64,000 bases of DNA from Octopus sinensis (Eukaryota): contig NC_043000.1 of assembly GCF_006345805.1 (NCBI RefSeq), forward strand, positions 158,906,001 to 158,970,000. The letters are read 5' to 3'. Position numbers and translations under genes: made by a program. Positions 12,600 through 26,259 of the stretch are shown one piece after another (position 1 is the stretch's first letter; each line of letters opens with the position of its first letter). The notes under the pieces were generated by a model. It was not told the origin of the DNA and ran no database searches. It saw only the letters and a list, made by a program, of their open reading frames with translations.

Positions 12600-12974
12600 A
12601 TACACATGTATATGTATATGTATGTATGCATGTATGTATGTATGCATATATGAATGTATATATGCATATATGTATATATGTATGTATGCATGTATGTATG
12701 CATATATGAATGTATATATGCATATATGTATATATGTATGTATGTATGCATGTATGTATGCATATATGAATGTATATATGCATATATGTATATATGTATG
12801 TATGTATATATGCATATATGTATATATGTATATATGTATATATGTATGTATGTATGTATGTATATATGCATATAAGTATATATGCATATATGTATATATG
12901 TATGTATGTATGTATGTATGCATGTATGTATGTATATATATATATGAACGTATATATGCATATATGTATATGTG

Positions 12975-13008
<34 letters not shown>

Positions 13009-13050
13009 TGTATATATGCATATATGTATATGTGTATGTATGTATATATG
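12600..13050. repeat. (TATG)/(TA)-based array with a ~56-60-bp higher-order unit
   Basis: The GCATATATGAATG marker recurs with GAATG at ~12652, 12708 and 12768. Confidence 0.8.
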
Positions 13051-13502
13051 CATGCCTGTGATCAAGTATATATATTTATATATGCAAGTTTCTATATAGG
13101 ATTACATGTCAAACGTGCCATGTATAAAATGTAAATGGCTTAGAGCATTCCACTGGTAAACGAAAGCTGTTTATCCAGCTTTCACTTGTGGGTATTAGCT
13201 ATCTTCACTTTATCGGTGTGTGTGTGTTTTAACAGAGCATCAAGCTCTATGATATTAGCCACTATACATTATCTGCATGCGAGTTCGTTTACGTAAATAC
13301 CTACAGAACATGGTTGCACGCAATCAATTTATGTGTTTGTATGTACGTATGTATGTATGTATGTATATGTGTGTATGTATATGTATTTATATATGTAAGG
13401 ATATATGTGTATGTATATGTATTCATATATGTATGGATGTATGTATCTATATATCTATCTATCTATCTATCAATTTGTCTCTATGTCTCTATCTTTCACT
13501 CT

Positions 13503-13548
<46 letters not shown>

Positions 13549-14180
13549 AGGGAGAGAGAGAGAGAGAGAGAGAGAGCCATGCACATATGCACACACATAC
13601 ACACGCATGTACGTGTGTATGTGTGGATGTCTTTGTGTACTACATTTTAAATATGAACACATTTTGTATGTAAGTATAATTGGAAGAGTGCGATTTTCCG
13701 TATATAAATATCTTAATAGATACGTTAAGAAATGAGAAGAAGGTTCAATGGCAACGTTTCCAGGGATTATGTGAATGGGACACACAGACAAGCCACAATC
13801 TGACAATCTGTATATCTAAGCAGTTAGGTAGATAGATACATAAAAACGAAATTTGAAATAATGATCTATAGAAATGATATTGAAAGCAAGAATTACAATT
13901 TGCATTGCAGTAAAAAAGAAAAAAAACACGTTTTGTGTGATCCCCTTTTTAGAGTAAATAGTATTGTTAGTGTCACTGTTTGTGTTACCATGGTGTTTGC
14001 ATTGAACTCTTTTCTCCTGTTTTCAATTCCTCTTTTTTTTTTTGCAGATGTCTCTATTTCTCTATGTCTATCTCCCTATCTCTTTTTTGTATATCCACTC
14101 TCTGTCTCTGACTCTTTCTCTATCTATCTCTCCATTACTCTATCAATGTATATCTTTTCGTATGTCCCTCTTAGTATCTG

Positions 14181-14242
<62 letters not shown>

Positions 14243-14502
14243 ATTCTATTTATCTCTCTGTCATCTTCAGCAAAACATTTCATTTCATATTGCTCCACTC
14301 AGTCTGCTCAGCTGGCAAAAGGGACTGATACTACGATTGATCGACGTCCCGTCCAGACAGCAATATATACGTGTAAAGAGCGACCCTCTAAACCTTACGG
14401 AGTGCGTGCATTTGTGTGCATGGATGTGTGTGTGTATATGCATATGTTTTTATGTATGTATGTATGTATGTATGTATGTATATATGTATGTATATATGTA
14501 TG

Positions 14503-14536
<34 letters not shown>

Positions 14537-14582
14537 TGTATGTATGTATGTATGTATGTATGAATGTGTATATGTATATATA

Positions 14583-15287
14583 CGAAATTATATCGAAACG
14601 TTCCCGGACTTGTTCTGTAGCGCACCAACAGATGACAGCACATAGGTGTGTGCACTCTTGGACCTAACAGTAACCTTCATTAGGTAATGTAGAGTACCGA
14701 GAGACATTCTTATGATTACTTCGCAAGTTATGATATTTATGCTTTTGTGGTCACGTGTATCCTGTAATCTTCAATTTTGTCATGAACAGGACAAAGAATC
14801 AACGTGAAATTTTGCATTAAACTTGTGATTCCTGCTTCCGAGACATTGAGCATGCTTTAGCAATCTTACAGCAACGTGACATTGGATCCTATGCAATGTT
14901 TGGAGTAGCACAGACGTTTCAAAGGCAGAATAACATCCGTGGAAGACGATGAGATCTGGAAGACCTGCTACGAGTGTCAACCCCGAAAATGTGGTATTGT
15001 GCAGCCAGAATTCGGTCCCCAGGGTCGGACTGTTAATCAGTATTTCGACTGAGACATTCTGAAGCGTTTCGAAGAGGACGTTTGGTGAAAACGAAGTATT
15101 AGATTCTACATGATGTGGCGCGAAGAATTGGATTCTACATCATGGTAATGAACCCTGTCACCGAAGTCTCCTCACTCGTCAGTTTCTCGCCAGAAACAAC
15201 AGGGTACCGCGTCCGCACTCGCTCTATTCTTCACATTTAGCACCTGCTGACTTCCATTACTTTGCCAAGACCAAAATGCAACTGAAA
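14583..15287 (+). mobile_element. Internally deleted mariner transposon remnant (left TIR-like end and transposase pseudogene)
   Basis: QRINVKFCIKL..ASETLSML*QSY...HRRFKG..SVEDDE(R)SGRPATS (HTH region); EFGPQGRTVNQ; WILHHGNEPCH...QFLARN...YSSHLAPADF..FAKTKMQLK (HDNA and YSPDLAP.D motifs). TA|CGAAATTATATCGAAACGTTCCCGGACT resembles a mariner TIR. No right TIR seen. Confidence 0.85.
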
Positions 15288-16549
15288 ATCTGTACCACCA
15301 CAGCATGTAGCTCAGATATTCTAACATGGTGTCCTTGAGTCCCAAGCTACTGCAGTATATGGCTTCCCTCTAGATGGGATAGCTGGGACGTTTAGTACCG
15401 TGCTGTGAGTACAGTTCGAGGGTTAGTATAGCTCCCTATGCCGAGGTTTGGTGCCAACCCCATTCAGGATCTTCAATACACATGTCACTGCATAAAGGTT
15501 TTTCTGTGTATGAGCCCGCGAATGGGCGTGTTATGTTTCAGCATATTTTACTACAAGATAAATGAACGCAATTTATTTAATTCAAGAATTAATCTTGTAT
15601 ATTATTTAGCATATCCTTATTCTACGTTATTATTCTAATATATTTATATATTTGTCTTACCTAATTATTTTCTGTCATATATGCATATGAGATAAGGTGT
15701 GAAGCGGTAGAGCAATTACTGTACAAGTAAACAAAAATGAAGTAGAAACGAGTCTTCTGAGTAGGTCTTCTTGTCTTCAAGCAAGTTGACTTATCTTTTA
15801 TGGCATTTCTAAAGCTTTTGGTTCTTAAGATTACTTATAGCTTGTATTTGTTGTTAGTACCAGTTGTGACCTCGCTGTTTGTCTTCTCTTTCTGAAAGCA
15901 GAGATAATTTCCATAAAACAAAAATTTATCGTATGTATTATTTCATATTTATTCTTCATACCACTGACAACTTTAATTTATTTCTATAAGGTCAATTTCT
16001 GTTTAAAGAATATATTAAATTGTGGGCGGCATATCAGCCGCCAAATAACAGCCCCATTCCAAACTTGGTTTTATATTTTATTTATTGCCATTTAATTCTG
16101 CTACGTATATTTGGATATATAGTCATTGAAAAAATAATGTTCTGGTCGCTATTGTTAACAATGAGAAGAAAAAATACAAACCAGTAAATATATAAATAAA
16201 ACTAAAAGCTATGATAACAAACTGGTAAATGGTTTCATTGAAAACAAAAGTAATAGATAAATTGACTAGTCTACGACGACCACCACCGCTACTAGTACTA
16301 CCAGTACCTCTTGTTTCTGGATAATTCTGTAAACGCCAGTGGTAACTGGAAAAGAGAATTTCCTAGAAAGAAACTTCAGTAACAGTCAAGTAACGAAAGG
16401 AAAATATAAATAAAATGAGAGAGGAAAAAAGACAAATTCAGAGAGGAAAGAAAAGCAACTGAGATATCCGACAAAGCCATATCGAAGTAATTGATTTTGA
16501 TAAACAGTAAAGAGTCAAAAACCAGGTCGTAGACATAAAAAAATGTATA

Positions 16550-16587
16550 TATTCTTCTTCTTCTTCTTCTTCTTCTTCTTATTATTA

Positions 16588-16651
<64 letters not shown>

Positions 16652-16654
16652 TAC

Positions 16655-16700
<46 letters not shown>

Positions 16701-16810
16701 GTTGTTGTTGTTGTTATTTTTATTGTTATTATTATTATTGTTATTATTATTATATTATTATTATTATTATTATTATTATCATTATATTATTATTATTATT
16801 ATTATTATTG
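16550..16810. repeat. (TTC)n then (ATT)n microsatellite
   Basis: Seen directly. Confidence 0.95.
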
Positions 16811-17121
16811 TAAAATAGTAATAAACTAAGAGTCGACATCGCAGCTTATATGCGTGATATTAATGGGTACAGCAACTATAGAACGAGTTAATTATTGTGG
16901 TTGTAACACACCAACTTGTATGGAACTAACAAGCAGAAGAACTGTGCAGTACAATATAAATCAAGAAAATATATAGACGAATACATGTGTGTGTGTGCGC
17001 GCGCGCGTGAGAATGCGAGTCTATGGACACACAGAAACACACATATAGATAAAGAAAAAGAGAAGAAGAGAGAGACATGTAGACATATTTACGTACGTAT
17101 ATACATGTAAATGTACACATA

Positions 17122-17531
17122 CAGGAGTGGCTGTGCGGTAAGTAGCTTGCTAACCAACCACATGGTTCCGGGTTCAGTCCCACTGCGTGGCATCTTGGGC
17201 AAGTGTCTTCTGCTATAGCCTCGGGCCGACCAATAACTTGTGAGTGGATTTGGTAGACGGAAACTGAAAGAAACCTGTCGTATATATGTATGTGTGTGTG
17301 TATGTGTGTCTGTTTGTGTGTCTGTGTTTGTCCCCCTAGCATTGCTTGACAATCGATGCTGGTGTGTTTACGTCCCCGTCACTTAGCGGTTCGGCAAAAG
17401 AGTCCGATAGAATAAGTACTGGGCTTACAAAGAATAAGTCCCGGGGTCGATTTGCTCGACTAAAGGCGGTGCTCCAGCATGGCCGCAGTCAAATGACTGA
17501 AACAAATAAAAGAGTAAAAGAGTAAAGAGTA
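17122..17531 (+). mobile_element. Full-length tRNA-derived SINE (family A)
   Basis: Head GGAGTGGCTGTGCGGTAAG with B-box-like GGTTCAGTCC, internal TA/TG tract, (TAAAAGAG)-type tail. Multiple near-identical copies in the window. Confidence 0.92.
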
Positions 17532-17834
17532 TACACACGAAAACACGCACACAATCATCATCATCATCAGCAGCAGAAGCATTGTTTTATGTCATCTTGA
17601 GACGTTGCCATCGGTTGGTCGTTATGACTGGATTTAACGGGTCAGAAGACCTCATCTTACTCCATTGGGTCAGTTTCGGCCTGATTTCTACGGTTGCATA
17701 TCATTCTTTACGCTAAACTCATAGATACCGGTGGGAATGTTTTCGACGATGGAAACAAAATAAGATTCTAGGCTCTGAAATGTTTTTCTTAACTTACCCA
17801 TAAATGCATAGGAATAACCTAAGTAATTTCTGCA

Positions 17835-18232
17835 TACTCTTTACTCTCTTACTCTTTTACTTGTTTCAGTAATTTGACTGCGGCCATGCTGGAGCACCGC
17901 CTTTAGTCAAGCAATTAGACCCAAGGACTTATTCTTTGTAAGCCCAGTACTTATTCTATCGGTCTCTTTTGCCGAACCGCTAAGTGACGGGGACATAAGC
18001 ACGCCAACATCGGTTGTCAAGCAATGCTAGGGGGACAAACACAGACACACATATATATATATACATATATACGACGGGCTTCTTTCAGTTTCCGTCTACC
18101 AAATCCACTCACAAGTAATTGGTCGGCCCGAGGCTATAGCAGAAGACACTTGCCCAAGATGCCACGCAGTGGGACTGAACCCTGAACCATGTGGTTGGTT
18201 AGCAAGCTACTTACCACACAGCCACTCCTGTG
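17835..18232 (-). mobile_element. Full-length SINE family A, inverted relative to 17122-17531
   Basis: Reverse complement aligns end to end with the 17122 copy. Confidence 0.92.
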
Positions 18233-18669
18233 CCTCTTAAATCTCTCGTTTATTTTTCCCCATTTCTCATCGGAACATCCTCCTCTGACCCATTGTACTG
18301 GTAAGGAGCAACCTTGTGAGATAAAGAACGGTTTATAAGGTTTGTTTTACCATCGTTAGTTTTCTCGTTTTCATGTATTTTCTTATCAATGTACAGCAAC
18401 AACAATAGCAACAACAACTAAAAAAGCAAAATATAAAAAACACCAAAGACATACATTTTATTTCATAAATGATTCTAGACGTTATTTCTCTGCCAAAACA
18501 GCAATTTTATTAGCAAGTAACACTTGTTGAACAAGAACATTAGCTTTAGCAATAAAGTTCCTTACAACAAAAGAACAGTGAACATAGCAACAGCAGTAAC
18601 ACAAACACCAACCGCAGTATTAACAAACAGCAATAACAGCTATAAGAGTAACTGCAAAGCAACTTCGGT

Positions 18670-18835
18670 TTGGAGGCGAAATGGTCCAGTGGTTAGAGCA
18701 GCGGTTTCGATTCCCGGATCGGGCATTGTGAGTGTTTATTGAGCAAAAACACCTAAGCTCCATGAGGCTCTGGCGTGGGGTGGCGGTCAACCCCGCTGTA
18801 CTCCTTCACCACAACTTTCTCTCACTCTTTACTCC
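18670..18835 (+). mobile_element. Degraded tRNA-derived SINE
   Basis: A-box-like TGGTCCAGTGG, B-box-like GTTTCGATTCC, then TTGAGCAAAAACAC similar to family C. Confidence 0.55.
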
Positions 18836-19125
18836 TAATTCTGCCACAAAACAGAGGAACCATGGTGTAACCCACTATGGTGTTGTAAACGTTCAGACCC
18901 TAGTCTAGACTGCGAATCCTCTGTACCCCAAGATTGTTCTGCTCCCCACCCGTTAAAAGCCACCGTTTACGGAATGAGGATAACAACGTAGCTTTCGCGC
19001 CGGTGCAACTGCCAGTCTATCACGTGTGGTGGGTGGATCTTCAAGTTGCCAAACGCATTCTTAATAGCTTAGTGTAGGCTCGAATTAGAGATTATTCTTT
19101 GTGGCTAATGGCGTGACTCCTGATT

Positions 19126-19258
19126 AGAAGAAGAAAAGAAGAAGAAGAAGAAGAAGAAGAAGAAGAAGAAGAAGAAGAAGAAGAAGAAGAAGAAGAAGAA
19201 GAAGAAGAAGAAGAAGAAGAAGAAGAAGAAGAAGAAGAAGAAGAAGAAGAAGAAGAAG
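19126..19258 (+). repeat. Long nearly pure (GAA)n tract (~44 units)
   Basis: Seen directly. Confidence 0.95.
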
Positions 19259-19397
19259 AGGCTGTAGACAGTAAAAATAGTCATTTTAATTCGATCACAT
19301 TGTCATGACATGATTTTGCAAATTGATTCCCTTCTTTTCTACCATTTTCGGAGTATAACACTCCAGCCTTCTAAGACTGTCACCTTGGTTTCTGATT

Positions 19398-19612
19398 TTG
19401 GTTTCAACATTCAGCACAAAGCCAGCAACTTTGGTCGAAGGGGTCTAGTTGATTACTTCGACTTCAGAGTTGAACTAGCACTTGTCTTATCGACCTAGAT
19501 AGGACAATAGTTAAGGTGACCTCGGCAAAATTTGAACTCAGAAAGTAAAGACGAAGTAAATGCTGCCAAACAATTTAACCGGCGTGCTAACGATTCTGCT
19601 AGGTTACCGCCT
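19398..19612 (-). mobile_element. Diverged SINE family B
   Basis: Reverse complement similar to 35261-35490 (GGCGG..GCAGAATCGTTAGCACGCCGG...TTCTGAGTTCAAAT). Confidence 0.75.
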
Positions 19613-22459
19613 TCTCAGAATTGCATAGCAAGCCACTACAGAGGATCGATCCTTGTTTGCTAATACTACGTCTGATAATCCTACTGCTACAGCCGCGGTA
19701 ACTGTAACACGACCACCAATACTACAACTCCCACCATCAGCTCTATTACTCCTAGCAACACAAATGCCCCACCTCACCCCAACTTTATCTTACCACTACT
19801 ACTACTACTACTACTACTGCTAATCTGGTCACAGCTGTTGTTGGTTCTATTTTTTGTTCCGTTAATGTTTTTCTCTTGTTTTTTGTTCCTCCTAATTCAG
19901 CACCGTTCAGCATGGTATACAACGTTTCGTTGTATGTAACAGTAACCGTACTACGCTTCCGAGCTTAACACCACCACCTAGCGTTTGGTGCCATGTGTAG
20001 TGTTTGATGTGATTTTTCGCATCTGGACCAGGCATCCTAAGTGCGGATTTTTGTGTTATATTCATGCATCATTACCCACAATGCTTTCCATCGTATGTAA
20101 AGATACACGCAAATCCATTGGTTATTTTCTTTTTCCAAAATCTTTCTTAAATAAACACCTCATGTCACCTTTTTCTCTCACGCAAACTACACAACCTACT
20201 TTTCCTTTGGGATACAAAGTCCACAAGCCGAATTCACAACACTTTTCTGCTGCTCAGGATAAAATTCTGCTCAAACTGCTCTGCAAAAGGTTTTGTTAGA
20301 TATGTTTAATATATAGATATTGTATTGGAATTTATAAATACTAGAGAAGAACTCCATAGAAAACTGGTTATTATTGTCTGTAAACTGTTTCAATCATAAT
20401 AGATATAAGAGAAAATCAACCTCGCTCTCCAAATACATCTGAAAACACAATACTAAAGGTTCCAAGGGAGTATAAATATATAAACTATACTATTGTGATT
20501 GACGAGATTCAAGAGTCTTACTTTTATTGAGATACAAATTGCCATATAGTGAAGAAATCTTGAAGCAAAATTACAATTCAACACACACACACACACACAG
20601 GTGTGTATTTATATATTAATATGGTTGTGCGAATTATGTTTCTATGAAACATAATTTATATATTCTACAATAGAATATATAAAAAGATAAATATTCCATC
20701 ATTTCCATAATTTGTCTCGCCCAATCAACTATATAGACGTTAAGAAATTTTATTGACCTTTCATGTTAATTTTTCTTTTGTCATAGCTTTTACATACTAT
20801 TGACTCAGTTTTTTTTACATTTATTGTACATGCAGTGGTGCTTAAAATACGTGTGTGTGTATGAGCGTGTGTGTGTGTATGTGTGTACATACGCACACGC
20901 ACACATATATACGTATACGATAAATAGGTTGTGTGCGTATGATTTCATGTAAATTCGCGTGTCGAATGTAAATTGCTCAGTTAATTTCTGAATGGCACAC
21001 GTGTCACAACCCCGAAAAATTTATAATTGTTCTAAAATTTCTCTCCCACCCTTTTTCAAGTAATCACGATTACAAAAATTCATAAGGTACCCTGTGGAAT
21101 TCATATGTCTCATATACTAATTCACAAAAAAACGAATTCAAACTATATATATAAACTAGAAGACAACTGTTTTGCTTAACATTACATTCATAAGGGCTCA
21201 AATACGACCGTCTTCATCTGGTAGACCAGATAAGTAAAATTAAATTCAATTAACTCAGGTTAGTATCAACTTGCAGTAACAAAGCGATAAGTCAAAAATT
21301 ATGAAAATTTACAGAATTCATGTTTCTTATTTTAGACGTTGAATATTTATTTCGGAGTATGTCTGAACGTATTGTCTAAAACGAAATCGGAGCTATTGTT
21401 ATAAATAATTCATATATTTCTCAAAATGCATCAGACTTGTATTGCAAAATATATTTTACTAAAGGACGCTATAATATAGATTAAAGTAATATAATGTAAT
21501 ATACTGAAATAAAAAAAATATCCACTATGCAGAGCATCGACAATTATAAAACGAGATTGAATTTTGTTTCAGCCTGTCGCTGTTTTCATAAAGACAAAAA
21601 GAATAGGACTGGCATCATTTGGAATATAACTGGAGTATTCCAATGAAAAAGTATTCAAAATATACAAGAGTTGTTTCGGTAGAGTTTTATTGAATTTTTC
21701 ATAGATTACATCATAACATACAACCCACGATCTTCAGGTAAAATTTTAAATAAATTAGATGTCAAAATGGTGAAATTCAAAACTGTCATCATCTTTGCGT
21801 CTCATTTTCTCCAGTGAATATATGCATGTCCGTATATATATGTGTGTGTCTAGGTGACTGAATACGTGTCTACATTTTTTTTTTTACTTGAAATGGACAG
21901 AATTAGACTAAAAGCTGATGAAAGTTTTATGGCTATCTGCAGCCCTATGATTTGTCTCATAAATATCTGCTTGTTTTTGAAGTCCGTTCATGTTCAATAC
22001 TGTGGTATGGCTGTGATTTTTGTATATTCTCAATATCAGTATTAGCTATAAAGTAATTCAGATAAATAAATAAATATACAAGTCAATTATATGAGATAGA
22101 CGTTTGATCGCTTTGCTTATCGCATGCCTCTTCAACCCATACCTTCTAACTCCCCTTTAAAGTTGTTTGCTATCCTTAAAGAACCAATAATGCAAGAACG
22201 TTGGATTCGTTCGGCTGAATGTGTGACATTTAACCACACCTGTCGTAAATTTTGTATATGTGTATGTATGTATTTGCGTGTGAGTGTATCTGTGTGTCTG
22301 TGTGTCTTTGTGTCAGTATGTGAGTGTGGATGCGTCTGCGCGTGCCAGCTTGTGAGGTGGAATTTATGTATACATATCTATATATACAGAGACAAATAAT
22401 ATTTCGGTCACCCTCTACTTTAATTCTCTCTATCAATCTCTTTCATCTTCTGTTTCCCT

Positions 22460-22460
22460 A

Positions 22461-22500
<40 letters not shown>

Positions 22501-22607
22501 TCCATGCATCCATCCATACAAATACAAATACATTTACATGGACAAACACACACATAATATATATATGTGTGTATGTGTGTGTCTATGTGTTTATATGTAT
22601 GCATGTA

Positions 22608-22690
<83 letters not shown>

Positions 22691-22691
22691 T

Positions 22692-22773
<82 letters not shown>

Positions 22774-22775
22774 GA
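22460..22775. repeat. (TA)n/(GATA)n compound microsatellite
   Basis: Seen directly. Confidence 0.9.
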
Positions 22776-23461
22776 TTAAACATCAGGATATCCATACATG
22801 TATACATGTCCGTGTGCTATTTTTGCCGATGACCGTAAAAGTTAAATTAGTTTATTCTTAAGTTTGTGCCAGGAATACAGGTGTGCGTGAGAAGAATATA
22901 TTCAACATATCTGTACACGTATTTTAATATATAAATCAATGTCCCTGTTTTTGTGCTTTCAATCTGATTATTTATTGCATTCTATGTTATCGATCAAAAT
23001 ACGATTTCTTTTAATTTTTATCAGAGTTTACTAGAATATTTTGCCTGGAGAAAATAAGTTGGCTATATTACTGTGGTATATAATTTCCAGTTTTATTGTT
23101 TTAACACTCAATGCGGTAAATTACATTTAAATTGTTTTTGTACATTAATTTTGTATAAAACAGCTTCCTGTGATTTCTTTTTTATAGAAAAGAATAATAT
23201 CGGTACCACAAATTTAACGGAGTTTCTGATTCTCTTCCCAATAATCGGCTTTTATTGAACATTTGTTATACCTACAAATTAAGTTTCAACTACTTTCTGT
23301 TTTTCTGCAGATGGCTGTAGAATACCAAATTACAGACTTGTAATTTCACGCGCTTTTTCTTCATGGGTAGTCATTTACCCCAATTATTTTGATTATCATT
23401 TAGAATATTGAGTCTTCTGTATTTATTCTATTTCATTATCTCTCGTTTTCTATATCTTTCC

Positions 23462-23620
23462 CTGACTATGTGGTAAGAAGCTTGGTTCCCAACCACATCG
23501 TCCTGGGTTCAGTCACATTGTGAGGCGCCATGGACAAGTGCTTCCTGCTATAGACTTGGGCCGACCAAAACCTTGTGAGTAGATTTGGTACACGGAAACT
23601 GAAAGAAACTCATTGTATAT
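23462..23620 (+). mobile_element. Diverged 5' half of SINE family A
   Basis: Aligns to the head of the 17122 copy up to the internal TA tract. Confidence 0.8.
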
Positions 23621-23623
23621 ATA

Positions 23624-24036
23624 TACTCTTTACTCTTTTACTCTTTTACTTGTTTCAGTCATTTGACTGCAGCCATGCTGGAGCACCGCCTTTAGTCGAG
23701 CAAATCGACCCCGGGACTTATTCTTTGTAAGCCCAGTACTTATTCTATCGGTCTCTTTTGCCGAACCGCTAAGTGACGGGGACGTAAACACACCAGCATC
23801 GGTTGTCAAGCAATGCTAGGGAGACAAACACAGACACACAAACATATACACACACACTTATATATATACATATATACGACAGGCTTCTTTCAGTTTCCAT
23901 CTACCAAATCCACTCACAAGCCATTGGTCGGCCTGGGGCTATAGCAGAAGACACTTGCCCAAGATGCCACGCAGTGGGGCTGAACCGGGAACCATGTGGT
24001 TGGTTAGCAAGCTACTTACCACACAGCCACTCCTGC
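23624..24036 (-). mobile_element. Full-length SINE family A
   Basis: Reverse complement aligns with 17122-17531. Confidence 0.92.
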
Positions 24037-24037
24037 A

Positions 24038-24071
<34 letters not shown>

Positions 24072-24302
24072 TGTGTGTGTGTGTAGGTGTGTGTGTGTAT
24101 CTATGTGTGTGAGTGTCTTTCTTTGCATGTATCTGTGACACCACCACCACCTGGCGACCGGTGTTGGTGTGTTTGCATCCCCGTAACTTAGTCAGAATAA
24201 TCGGCAAAATTATTACTCGGTTGAAAAGAACAGATAGATTGATACCGTAAGCAGCGAGCCCGTTGCGCATGCAAAATTCCAGGAGTAATAATAATAAAAA
24301 TC

Positions 24303-24523
24303 CTTTCTACTATAGGTGCAATGTATGAATTTTAAAAAATGTTTAATGGGCGCAAGTGGATTACATCGACTGTAGTAATTCACAGGCACTTAATTTATCG
24401 ACCCCGAAAGGATGAAAGGCAAAAATTGACATCGACAGAATTTGAACTCAGAACGTATCGGTGGGCGAAATACCGCTAGGCATTTTGCCCGGCGTGCTTA
24501 CGATTTTACTAGCTCACAGCCTT
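24303..24523 (-). mobile_element. Diverged SINE family B
   Basis: TTTATCGACCCCGAAAGGATGAAAGGCAAA...ATTTGAACTCAGAACG...CCGGCGTGCTTACGATT. Confidence 0.8.
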
Positions 24524-24551
24524 AATAATAATAATGATGATGATGATGATG

Positions 24552-24597
<46 letters not shown>

Positions 24598-24760
24598 TAA
24601 TAATAATAATAATAACAATAATAATATGGTGATAATGATAAAATAGTGGTGATAATGATAATAGCGAAATAGTGGTGATAATGATAATAGTGAAATAGTG
24701 GTGATAATGATAATAGTGAATAGTGGTGATAATGATAATAGTGATAATAATGGAGATGAT
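24524..24760. repeat. (AAT)n followed by a ~26-bp minisatellite (GATAATGATAATAGTGAAATAGTGGT x ~4)
   Basis: Units start at ~24631, 24651, 24677, 24703 and 24728. Confidence 0.85.
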
Positions 24761-24883
24761 AATAACAATAATGAGCCGACTACGGCTGCTATAATGGTAC
24801 GATTATAATTGTAACGGCAATGATGGCCGTCTCCCCACGAGCCAATCAAAGCTCAAAAATGATAACATTATAGTAGCACCAAA

Positions 24884-25250
24884 ATGTTTTTGGAAACTAA
24901 AAGGAAAACTAAATCAGTATACCAAATCGCTTGTCCTATGGTTAATCTGGAAGCGCGTCCCCCAGGGAAGAGCCAGCCTGGGATCAAAAAGTCATCAACT
25001 GGCACAAACTCTTCTCCGAATACGGACATGGATGGTCACTTGAACGGGAAATCCCCCAACTCGAGCCCTCCAAGTTCACCACCACAACCACCACAGAAAG
25101 AAAAAGGTAAGCGGAACAAATGGACCCGAGAAGAGTATAAAGAATTAATATACGCTTATTACTATGCATTAGGTAGGCCATCTCAAGAGAGACACACCGC
25201 AAACACTTACAGTATATGGAGAACACGGGATCAAGACAGTAGAACTATTA
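24884..25250 (+). mobile_element. 5' fragment of an R4/Dong-like ORF (N-terminal Myb-like region)
   Basis: KRNKWTREEYKELIYAYYYALGRPS...TYSIWRTR resembles the R.KWT.EE...Y...WR N-terminus also seen at 43150. Follows an AAT tract and is truncated at its 3' side. Confidence 0.7.
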
Positions 25251-25311
25251 CTACCCATGTATTTTAATTTAACTTTTAAAAAAATGAACGAACTAGTGAG
25301 TTTAGTTTAAT

Positions 25312-25430
25312 GGCCTACCAATGTATACTATGAGTTTCTTTGCCCTAGGAGTCGGGAAGACACTCGGCAAGAAATGGAAGCAAATTTGAAAGAAGAGAAA
25401 AAAAATAATAATAATGATAATAATAATACT
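25312..25430 (+). mobile_element. Probable 3' UTR tip of another TAA-tailed LINE
   Basis: Short unique segment ending GAAAGAAGAGAAAAAAA followed by (TAA)n; no in-window partner. Confidence 0.35.
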
Positions 25431-25508
25431 AATAATACGGGAGATTTATTATACATATTAGCATATATATGTGTGTGTATTTATGTTTATAAATATATAA
25501 CTATAAAC

Positions 25509-25574
<66 letters not shown>

Positions 25575-25893
25575 ATATTATGTAAGTGACATTATTGAAA
25601 AAGAATTACAGCATTAATATGAAGCAGTGAAACCAGACGTTTCTTTCAATGGTATGGTAACACCATAAATATGGTAAATATTTCTACACACTCGCGTGAG
25701 CACGCATATACATACTTCACACAGTCGAATATGCAATATTATTTTATTGATGTTACACGTATTTCATTACAGCATGAGAAATATATTTTGAGAACATGTC
25801 TAAAGATTTCCAAATGCAATATACCCGAATGTAAGTATATTTCTATTGTGAATTTAGTATATTTGTATTATAATAGATATTAATATTTTATCG

Positions 25894-26075
25894 AGGTGGT
25901 TAGCTGGCAGCATCGGTAAGACGGCGGGAAAATGCCTAGCGGCATTACGGCCATCTTTACGCTCTGAGGTCATATTCTGTCGAGGTCGACTTTGCCTTTT
26001 ATTCTTCGCGGTTCGAGAAAATAAGCACTAATCCAGCACTGTTGGTCGATGTCACCGATACATTCACTTCCCCAA
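25894..26075 (+). mobile_element. Diverged SINE family B
   Basis: AGCTGGCAGCATCGGTAAGACGGCGGGAAAATGCCTAGCGG...GAGGTCGACTTTGCCTTT. Confidence 0.75.
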
Positions 26076-26259
26076 ACTTAATATTTATATTCATAAAACG
26101 TATTTTCTATGTAATGGAACACATATCACAGCGTTAAAATAACAGATATTCCAGTTTTTGCTTCGATATATATTTCCTCTGCAAACATAATTCACGAGGG
26201 ATTTCAATTTGTATATATATGATTTTCTAACCTAAAACCTCTGCGTGCATACAAACAAA

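Noticed and set aside
24631-24745. Regularly spaced repeats as a CRISPR-like array
   Set aside because: Units are contiguous without unique spacers, and the context is eukaryotic
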